Source: Thermoplasmatota archaeon
GTDB taxonomy: Archaea > Thermoplasmatota > Penumbrarchaeia > Penumbrarchaeales > Penumbrarchaeaceae
DNA length: 64,000 nucleotides
Assembly (NCBI GenBank): GCA_029762535.1
Contig: JARVGK010000010.1
Span: 1 to 64,000 of the forward strand
Direction: 5' to 3'
In this document: positions 21,401 to 28,739 of the stretch, in pieces
Position numbering within the stretch: position 1 is the stretch's first letter
Layout of the letters: each line of letters begins with the position of its first letter
The notes under the pieces: model-generated
What the model was told of the DNA's origin: nothing
The model's input: the letters and a program-made list of their open reading frames with translations, nothing else
Databases searched by the model: none
Made by a program: the position numbers and the translations under genes

Positions 21401-21789
21401 CATGAGAAGTCAGGGAAGGGATCGTCGTCCAGCGTTGTCGAGTTCATGACGAAGGACCTGTGGAAGTTGATGTCCATCTCCAGGGGTCTGACGACCACGG
21501 CGACGTATCTGGCATCCATCTCCTTCAGGCCCTCCATGAGAGATGGGAGATCGTCCACGGAGAACTCGATCACGGTCCCGCCCCTGAATAGCGCCAATGC
21601 CTCGGCGGCATCCCTGTAGGGATCCGTCGAGTTCGCCGTTGTCGCAATGACGTACGTCGATGGCACATCCAACACATTAGGCGTCCCTTCGACGTTACCG
21701 CCTGAGATAAATGAATAAGGAAAAGAGGGGCCTGCTATGAGGAGAAGGACGACGATCGAGATCATACCAGGAACGTTTAGAGAATGCAT
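18430..21789 (-). CDS. Secreted C25/gingipain-like (caspase-hemoglobinase fold) protein with NEW3/CARDB Ig-like stalk and C-terminal TM
   Basis: PDFSWGYI, ISGDG (at the HG position), FAGTCHSG (catalytic Cys position), ATGYFAP and YYGDP parallel the C25 motifs of the 60538 protein; NTGN repeats; TM + KRR. Confidence 0.6.
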   Translation of the reverse strand: MHSLNVPGMISIVVLLLIAGPSFPYSFISGGNVEGTPNVLDVPSTYVIATTANSTDPYRDAAEALALFRGGTVIEFSVDDLPSLMEGLKEMDARYVAVVVRPLEMDINFHRSFVMNSTTLDDDPFPDFSWGYITGATPADALSFVENIIRAEEEEAHLLPMKVSGYSASSLNWRVTGSNSFHKIVRDSEVHLYMEVNDTGSGRDFFLDNAADLEGSRMVTISGDGDPHMTWLFKGGNLDPDPPVWTYDPAKIEDPAHARMGLTPENLSGIDLYPAVVFAGTCHSGVPKRALVEGDIAATFGNTEGVVRFYEMSDDFAFFNRILGDNATGYFAPIGANHGYNSYFDQWNALRYHEPMGDIYKRSLDQVVMGFMGNSPNLRLYNEGESAYLPDILPSGDFDPVEWPSAAAMLGGKSNRVYYGDPMHDPFRNDHDPGLNLTRVEFERVDGATMELNISYHRPPSVDTWFPNWDMYHHGEDLFYEPIVLPHDYTDPLSVELVFEEQPSLGVFHVLERFDGETRLHIQASLPEVSMYDVTYYNLTIRLTRNPTFGVGSSASELKGIALPGESASYSFDVFNTGDIVDDIVLEHATPPQGWDLSLDLDGSDVPPGGSRAVEVIVRTPNGSMHHETFTALLSFTSASDPEKSVTVAIETEVGHLFGVRILEDDVHRNALPGDIVEIMITVENSGNGMDDITLDAAFVNWSGDIDFNGTGMVPAEKRAGAVTLLVPDDAAFGETDLVSLMASSSGNASDPLEVRISVGALHSLTVVHDEVRAFAKPGEMLSFAIPVVNTGNAPDELELVLKNRSGWEAVLFTEGASVLPGESWMLHLNISVPVDSLEGDTEQINVSCISAGDPSSRSDLGIHITVDRMPGFECHLPSNISALPGSTVEVEVEIVNTGNGLDEISVNVSSGSALVILSPNSTVRIGPGETKWHIFQVKLPRSMLLGSEEAVMLRAVSVVDGGPATYLSMKVSPERVSDLELTCDNTDVEVKSGSIAVFRLILENAGNGVVSASVYAGIECEVDPPSPVDMGPYSSRDLTLSVPTQDLAPGPHTIQVSASDGSSTSTILLKLNVVERDSNQRGLSPVLVVIAIILVLAVIIAGAAFVLKRRQETSIWEE

Positions 21790-22015
21790 CGAATGAGAAC
21801 AACACGTTAGAGATACTAATATTATTCTCGATAGATATCGCTGGGACGGACTGGTACGGATGTGAGATATGGGGTCGATTCAGCCCATACTCGGCCATTG
21901 TATGGATACCTGACCTCTTGCCGATCCTGCTCCGATCGATCGAATCTTGCTATGCTATGGATCTGAGAACGAAGGAGGTTGAAAAACCTTTAGGCAGGCA
22001 CGACCTATTGTCGTT

Positions 22016-23470
22016 TCACCTGTTCCTCATCATCGAGTAATACCCGATCACGTCACCGTCATATCCAAGCCTGTTGAGGATCTCCCCCTTCAGCTCGAGC
22101 GACCTCTTGAAGAAAATGAAGTTATCAAGGATCCAACCCGCTGCTGACTCCGTCAGGCCTCCCTGAAGCCATCTTTTTAGGAAGAATCCTTTCGATGTCA
22201 GATAATATTTGTAGTACTTCTCGGCCTCCTTCCTCTTCCCTGGGGTGGAATACAGCATCATGGTGAGATTGATGTAGCTCTCGGGATAGTCCGGGTTCCT
22301 GTTTATCGCCTCCAGAAAGGCCTTGATCGCTTCAGGGTACTTCCCTTGAGAGGCGAGTACCTTCCCTCTCTCGTTGAAGGCGATCTCGTATTCCCCCGGT
22401 TCAAAGATGATCTCCCTGAGGGACCTTCCACGATCCATTTTAAAGAGGATGTTGTCAGAACCGCTGGACATCCCGAACCCGTTCACTGGATTCAATTCGA
22501 TGGCACGATCCACTTGTTGCAATGCATAGTGATCCTTACCGCTCCTGTGCATATCATCCGCCCTGATCAACGCTCTGCTGACCGCTTTGAGTTCGTGCTG
22601 CATCTTCAGGTCCAGCGATCTCAAGGATACGATCGACCCCATGCCAGCAATGAGCAATAGAATTCCTGCCGCAGCGGAGATCTCGAACACCCTTATCGGA
22701 CCTACAATTCGAAGAGTGCACAAAGATACCGCTGAAACCAAGACCCCTGAGGACCAGATAAGAGAGGGCATCGATCTCCTCAAGGGGAACGCCGAAGAGC
22801 TCATATTTATCGCCATGATCGAGAAGGTCATCACCATCCCGATCAATAATAGGGTCTCATTTCGGAGCATCCAGTGATCGACGATGTCGGGTTTATCCAA
22901 CATTATACGTGTGAGCCCGAAAAAAGAAGGCATGAATCCCAAAACGGGCAGAAAGAGACGATCTATCCGCACCTTCTTTATACCCAGGGCCGAAGCTATG
23001 ACCGCGGCCAAGCCCGATATGAGAAAGATTATGGCGATGGTCGAACTATCGGCCCGCGGCTTCGCGTTCAAAACATAGGATAGCGATGACGATACGACAA
23101 GCATGCCCATGATGAAGGAGAGAGTGAGCATAGGCTCCTTTCCAAAAGAAAGGGCCCTCGTCTGATAGATGATCGCTCCCGAACCCAGTAGGGAGAGGAA
23201 TAGCATAGGGAACACCATCCATGATGACCTCTCCATCGTCTCCGAATAGTGATCTCCCATTATCGGACCCGACGCATGGATGAAAAGAGATATCGCCATA
23301 CAGAATGTGGCGATCAGGAAGATCGTGTTGATGCTCGTCAGGTCATCCCTGGGAAATTTCCCCACACACCCCTCGCAAACAGGTCCGGAAGGGCTACTTG
23401 AACCGCACATAAGGCATCCTCCTCCCTCCTCAAAGGGGGGATCCTTACGCGATGTCCTGCCGCCCTCCAT
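22016..23470 (-). CDS. Multi-pass membrane protein with N-terminal CxxC..CxxC finger and C-terminal TPR repeats
   Basis: CLMC...CEGC; about 8-9 TM helices; TPR-like AFNERGKVLASQGKYPEAIKAFLEAINRNPDYPESYINL. ATG 23470 follows a GGAG RBS (alternative GTG 23521). Confidence 0.75.
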   Translation of the reverse strand: MEGGRTSRKDPPFEEGGGCLMCGSSSPSGPVCEGCVGKFPRDDLTSINTIFLIATFCMAISLFIHASGPIMGDHYSETMERSSWMVFPMLFLSLLGSGAIIYQTRALSFGKEPMLTLSFIMGMLVVSSSLSYVLNAKPRADSSTIAIIFLISGLAAVIASALGIKKVRIDRLFLPVLGFMPSFFGLTRIMLDKPDIVDHWMLRNETLLLIGMVMTFSIMAINMSSSAFPLRRSMPSLIWSSGVLVSAVSLCTLRIVGPIRVFEISAAAGILLLIAGMGSIVSLRSLDLKMQHELKAVSRALIRADDMHRSGKDHYALQQVDRAIELNPVNGFGMSSGSDNILFKMDRGRSLREIIFEPGEYEIAFNERGKVLASQGKYPEAIKAFLEAINRNPDYPESYINLTMMLYSTPGKRKEAEKYYKYYLTSKGFFLKRWLQGGLTESAAGWILDNFIFFKRSLELKGEILNRLGYDGDVIGYYSMMRNR

Positions 23471-23490
23471 TGTACGCTCCTTCAAGAGGT

Positions 23491-24870
23491 TCAATGGACC
23501 ACCACCCTTCGATGACCCCACCGCAGCTCGATCCCCCTGCGAGTAACGTACATGAAATATAGATATGCAGTGTGGAATCCATTGATCAGATCGTAAACGG
23601 TCTTAAGTGGCAGATACTGGACGAGGCCCCTAGTCTCTTTATACTGGACGAGGATCAAGACCCTCATAAGGAAATAGAACGCTACGAGAATGACGCTCCG
23701 CAATGCGATGAACTCGAGGAGCGAGTGATAGGACAAACCCGTAAAAAGCAACGTTATGGTAAGTAAGAACGATACAAGGAAAATAAGGGCGGACAATGTC
23801 GTGGAGATCCATGTGAAATAAGTGTACAACGCCCAGGGATTTCGCCAGAGATGCCATTTGTTCTCCCTCCACGCCTGGAACTGACCGAAAATCCATCTCC
23901 TTCTCTGATTGAACCATCCGGTCCATGAGACCGGCGCTTCGGTATACGACCTGGCACCCGGTGCGGCCCTCGTCGTATATCCGGTGGACAGGATCGACAT
24001 GGTCAGGTCGCAATCCTCAACGACCGTTCTATCCAAAGGCGGATACATACGAGCAAGGTCCGTTCTCATGCCGAATATCGGGCCAGGGGCTATAAGGACG
24101 GACCCATCCTCGCTCTGGCACGTCCTTATCACATGCTGGGTGATTATGTATTCGAGCTGCTGAAGCTTCGTTAGGGTTCCGGCAAAGGTGTTCCTTATCG
24201 TCACGAAACCGCCAACAATCCCGGCGTCCGGGTATGCCCTGAAGGTCTCTACTATCTCGGAGACGGCGTTCTTGTCCATCGTGCTGTCCCCGTCGGTCAT
24301 AAGTACGATAGGCCCCGTGGCTTTTTGGATCCCGTAGGTGAGGGCCGAGGCCTTGCCCCCGTTCTCTTTATGATATATCTTAAGGTCCCTGCGTCCCGAT
24401 CCGCCCTTGAATATACTGGATACAGACCATGTATTGTCCCTGGACCCATCGTCGATCACCAATACCTCTATCTCTCCCCGATAGGTCTGATCGTAACAGT
24501 TCAGTATCGCCCTGCCCACGTTGAGCCCTTCGTTGTAGCAGGGAATGATGATTGATACCTTTGGATATCTCGATCGGGCGAAGGGATCCGGTCCTGAACC
24601 CGTTCCTGTCCTCTTTCGGAACTTCCCGGAAAACGCCTTTGAAATGGTCGAACGTACCGCCAGATATGTGAACGGGAAGACGTTCGCTAGAATGAAGAAC
24701 GTGTAGTATAGGTCCAAAATGAGATAGAGGGGGCCCCCTTGATGGATCTCCTCGGCGTCAAGGACCAATTTTCCGTTGCCTATGGAAAGACCCAGATGTG
24801 CGGGGATAGCGATAAGGGGCAGTGTCAATACCATTGCAAGCATTAGGCATACAACGATGGATATCCTCAT
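23491..24870 (-). CDS. Processive GT2 glycosyltransferase (PgaC/IcaA/cellulose synthase-like)
   Basis: IIPCYNE, DDGS, GGKASAL, TDGD (DxD), VVED, QRRRW; flanking TM helices; ATGA overlap with upstream gene at 24867-24870. Confidence 0.9.
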   Translation of the reverse strand: MRISIVVCLMLAMVLTLPLIAIPAHLGLSIGNGKLVLDAEEIHQGGPLYLILDLYYTFFILANVFPFTYLAVRSTISKAFSGKFRKRTGTGSGPDPFARSRYPKVSIIIPCYNEGLNVGRAILNCYDQTYRGEIEVLVIDDGSRDNTWSVSSIFKGGSGRRDLKIYHKENGGKASALTYGIQKATGPIVLMTDGDSTMDKNAVSEIVETFRAYPDAGIVGGFVTIRNTFAGTLTKLQQLEYIITQHVIRTCQSEDGSVLIAPGPIFGMRTDLARMYPPLDRTVVEDCDLTMSILSTGYTTRAAPGARSYTEAPVSWTGWFNQRRRWIFGQFQAWRENKWHLWRNPWALYTYFTWISTTLSALIFLVSFLLTITLLFTGLSYHSLLEFIALRSVILVAFYFLMRVLILVQYKETRGLVQYLPLKTVYDLINGFHTAYLYFMYVTRRGIELRWGHRRVVVH

Positions 24871-27800
24871 GGAAGGACCACCCCGTCCGACCATTCGATA
24901 TCCTCCTCGAGTAACTCCTCGAACTCCACTTCTTCGTCCCAGATGATCTCCTCTTCCAGCTTCGGGGCCAGCTCATCGGGCGTGTCGATCATGTCCATGA
25001 CGGGATCGTCCACATCTTCCGGGGCGGATATCATGGACACGTATTCGTCCAGGTCCTCGTCCATCTCCATAACATCCTCGTAGAGAGAGCCGTGTATCGT
25101 TCGATGCGAACTGCCATCGTTCACGCGAGGGACGCTCATCGAAGGGTATCTCGACATCAAAGGAAGGGGTCCGCCGCCCATGTTACTGGAGAGGATCCTG
25201 AGCCTACTGCCCATATCCGCAGTCCCGGATGGGTACAGATCACCACATGTATCGATGCAGAATTCATCATCTTCTGCGTCGGCAGGGTTCTTGGGCCCTC
25301 TCCTATATCTTATGATCAGGATCGCGATCGATGCTGCCGTGACAAGGAATGACATTACCAAAAGGGAGAATATGGAGGCCAGTAAGAGGGACGAGGCGGT
25401 CTGTACCTCCTCGATAGAGGTCCGGTTGGCATCATCGGGCGGTGCGATTATTACGACCTGGGTCACCGTAACGTTCTCTATCGGCGGAAGGAATACATCC
25501 ACTTTGGAGAGGTCCGTGAGATCCCTTGCCAATCCGGTGTTGAGGTCCGTCGAAACGGTCGCATGCGTCTCCGCGTAGGAGAAAATGCCGTGATCGTCGC
25601 TTACCCAAAGACCGATCCGATAATGACCCGGATCAAGGGTGAGCGAGATCGATGGAAGGTTCGAGATGTTCACACCATCCAGGGACCATGTCGTTCCCAT
25701 CACCCATCCGTCCGCATCGAACGAACCAGAGGATGAGAGTTCTAAGGATCCCCCACGATAACAATCGATATTACCCGTGATCACGGGGATAGGGGCCATG
25801 TTGCTCGATGATATCTCAGCGGAGAAGCCCCCGACATGCCCAGCCCTATCCACGGCCCTAACTTTTATACTGATGGTGCGTCCGGGGTCCCTTCTCATCC
25901 AGGTCCAGTTCCGATCGGTCGTTCCCGTCATTTCCCAATACGGACCTCTGAGGGACCATACCTCGTAATGGTCTATGCCGGAACCGGGGAGGTCCATGGA
26001 CCGCTTCCAACTTATGTTGTATTCGAGGTTGGTATTATTCCTCACCGATATCATGGTTTGAGATGGGGCGGTCGGGGCATTGAGGTCCACCAATACTGGA
26101 ACGCTATCCTCTTCTGTGCTCAGACCCGCGTTGCTCTCAACGGTTAGCTTCAATGTGTATCGGCATCCCTCGGTCAGTGACCCCTGGTAGGTAAAAGATG
26201 TGCCGTTGACCATAATATTTTTGAAGACCACGCCTCTGTTTCCGTTACCCGCATCGTATAACAGTGTCGCGAGGGAACCCTTGATCCCCGAAACCGGAAC
26301 GAAGGTCTCCTTCCATCTCCATGTGATTTGTTCCTGAGTGATGATGGAGGATCCCGCATCTGGCGTGGATATCCTTGGATTGGACCTGTCAAGGCACAGT
26401 TCGACCCGCCCGAACTCGCTTCGCGAACCGAACTCATCCACCGCTCTAACCTCGATCAAGTGTTCTCCTTCAACGAGTCCCTCCATCGTAAGGACTGTCG
26501 AATCTGTGACGGATATATCCCCCCCGTTCAACCTCCATTCGTAGAACGAGATCCCCGCCAGACCCTCGATCGGATCCCAGATGATATCGACCGGATCCGA
26601 GGAGGTCCAACCTTCAGGTGCACCATACGGCTGCGGAGTTGATGGAGGCGGTATATCGCTGTGATATCGAAGGTCCTCGACCGTCCTGTTATTCTGTGTG
26701 GTGAACCGGAGGAAGAATGACATGTCGTGATCGAGCACCACGATCTTCAGCAGCACCCTGTTGATGCCATGCTTCAAACTCACCATTGTGGTGTTCTGGT
26801 CCGGTCCGACATCCCGTTCTTCATCGATGACAAGTGCGACCTCTCCGTTGATCCACACTTTGATCGCATCCGAGCTCCCTATCCTCATTTGGACATCCAT
26901 ATCACGAGGGGATATGACGAACATATGGGAATACGCGACCGAATAAGATGTGTGACCGTACACAAGGTCCAGGTCGATGAGGTCCCTGTCCATGGTGGCG
27001 TCGGTCCACGGCCTTCCTCCGGTTATCGTTCCCGCTCGGGGCACTATTTCCGCCTCGTTCTCGAAGAACGTCCTTTCGAGAAGGCCCTTGGAATGACCTG
27101 TAAAGAACGTTCCTGCGGAAAGCCATGTCCTGACGCTGTAAGGCATCCATGAAAGGTGTATGGACCCAATGGTTATGTTCGATGCATCTTCGAACCTGGG
27201 GACCACCCGGATGTATCTTATGTTCCCCAACCATTCGGGATGATCGTCGAGATGGATCGAAACTATGCCCCACCTGGCCTCCTTCATGACCTCTGTACGG
27301 ACCATCATCGGCTCCGAAAAACGCGTATGATCGTTGGACCAGTAGACATCGATGAAACAACTCTCATCATCTATGGCCGCGTCGATCTCGATAACGTTGA
27401 TATCCTTCGCATTGATGCCCAATAGCGGCGACATAAGCCCGGCTTCCTTGGAATTCGCTATCGTCCATCTACCGCCTCGGGGGTAATGATGGCCCGAATC
27501 GGTAAGCCTCCAACCTTCCCTGTCTTGGTCATGCTCGAAATCCCATTTCAGATCGGTCACTGCCGTGGTCTGGTTCTTGAGCGGACAACTGGCATATTCC
27601 TCAAAGGGGTCTCCGACGAGGGCCTGACCATAGGACGGATAGCTCCTGAGGAACTTGTAAGAGAAGAGACATACGCCCAATGCGTTGCTGGACAGTGCGT
27701 AGTTGACCTGCGCGTTCATGGTCTCGATCCCGACGGTCTCGTTCGGGACCGAGCCATGGGCGGTGTTCCCAGGCACATATACGTAAGTGCCAGCAACGAC

Positions 27801-28739
27801 CGGGCAGGAATGTTGATCGATGTTGAGATCGATCAACTGTCTATAGGTATCAAAAGAGGTCGTATATGTCATGGGGGTCACGAAATCGACCAAGCCCGTC
27901 TGCGACCAAAGCTCAGAATCCTGAAAGATGGAGTACTGCCTGCTGTAGCTGTTGGTGAATATGTCGGCTCCTATCCAAGCATAAGGACGAACCTCATTTA
28001 TCGCGTCGGATATTGCCATCATGCACTCCGTTATCTGCTGCCTTCTGAAAGCGTTGAAATCCGTCCAATTCTCCTCGTAGTAGATCTGGATGGAATACTC
28101 ATCGTAGCCGTAGTTCGATCCGGGATAACGGATCGTATCCAATTTTATCCCATCCAAGGGGTAATCGGCCATGAGCTGTCCGGTGACGTTTGCGAGATAA
28201 CTCTGGACCTCGGGCAGGGTGGGATTGAGCCACGAGGGGCTCCGATAACCGCTGCTGCTGACGCATCCCCATTCCGGGTGTTCTCTCAAGACTATGGGAT
28301 CGATCAAGGTATGGAACCAGGGCATCACATGTATACCGTACTTGTGAGCCTCTCTTATGAGGTCCATGAGAGGATCGAAATCCCAGGCGAGCTCGCTGAA
28401 CCTCGGGTGATAGGACGAATTGTAGAAGACACCGAGATAGTTGCCGTTTATCAAGGGGCTCAGGCAGTTCACGTTGGAGCTTCTGGCGGTTTCGACGACC
28501 TTCAATACCTCGGAATGGTTGATGATCTGATATCCCTCGAGCCACATGGACCGATACTGGAACAGCCTTGTATCGTTCCCGCCGTCCTGCTGGCCGTAGC
28601 CTCCCGGGGAGAAGGTATCGTGGACGGGTTCGTCCCTTTCTGCATCGGCGAGTGATGTGAAGGGGCCGATGAGCGAGGACAATGACAACAATACGATCGT
28701 GAACTGAAAGCACATCGCCCCCCTCATTCTATCTCTCAT
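24867..28739 (-). CDS. Secreted GHL10/YddW-like glycoside hydrolase with FN3/PKD stalk, TM and acidic cytoplasmic tail
   Basis: FDPLMDLIREAHKYGIHVMPWF, WLNPTLPEVQ, YPLDGIKLDTIRYP, VDFVTPMTY. Confidence 0.85.
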   Translation of the reverse strand: MRDRMRGAMCFQFTIVLLSLSSLIGPFTSLADAERDEPVHDTFSPGGYGQQDGGNDTRLFQYRSMWLEGYQIINHSEVLKVVETARSSNVNCLSPLINGNYLGVFYNSSYHPRFSELAWDFDPLMDLIREAHKYGIHVMPWFHTLIDPIVLREHPEWGCVSSSGYRSPSWLNPTLPEVQSYLANVTGQLMADYPLDGIKLDTIRYPGSNYGYDEYSIQIYYEENWTDFNAFRRQQITECMMAISDAINEVRPYAWIGADIFTNSYSRQYSIFQDSELWSQTGLVDFVTPMTYTTSFDTYRQLIDLNIDQHSCPVVAGTYVYVPGNTAHGSVPNETVGIETMNAQVNYALSSNALGVCLFSYKFLRSYPSYGQALVGDPFEEYASCPLKNQTTAVTDLKWDFEHDQDREGWRLTDSGHHYPRGGRWTIANSKEAGLMSPLLGINAKDINVIEIDAAIDDESCFIDVYWSNDHTRFSEPMMVRTEVMKEARWGIVSIHLDDHPEWLGNIRYIRVVPRFEDASNITIGSIHLSWMPYSVRTWLSAGTFFTGHSKGLLERTFFENEAEIVPRAGTITGGRPWTDATMDRDLIDLDLVYGHTSYSVAYSHMFVISPRDMDVQMRIGSSDAIKVWINGEVALVIDEERDVGPDQNTTMVSLKHGINRVLLKIVVLDHDMSFFLRFTTQNNRTVEDLRYHSDIPPPSTPQPYGAPEGWTSSDPVDIIWDPIEGLAGISFYEWRLNGGDISVTDSTVLTMEGLVEGEHLIEVRAVDEFGSRSEFGRVELCLDRSNPRISTPDAGSSIITQEQITWRWKETFVPVSGIKGSLATLLYDAGNGNRGVVFKNIMVNGTSFTYQGSLTEGCRYTLKLTVESNAGLSTEEDSVPVLVDLNAPTAPSQTMISVRNNTNLEYNISWKRSMDLPGSGIDHYEVWSLRGPYWEMTGTTDRNWTWMRRDPGRTISIKVRAVDRAGHVGGFSAEISSSNMAPIPVITGNIDCYRGGSLELSSSGSFDADGWVMGTTWSLDGVNISNLPSISLTLDPGHYRIGLWVSDDHGIFSYAETHATVSTDLNTGLARDLTDLSKVDVFLPPIENVTVTQVVIIAPPDDANRTSIEEVQTASSLLLASIFSLLVMSFLVTAASIAILIIRYRRGPKNPADAEDDEFCIDTCGDLYPSGTADMGSRLRILSSNMGGGPLPLMSRYPSMSVPRVNDGSSHRTIHGSLYEDVMEMDEDLDEYVSMISAPEDVDDPVMDMIDTPDELAPKLEEEIIWDEEVEFEELLEEDIEWSDGVVLP

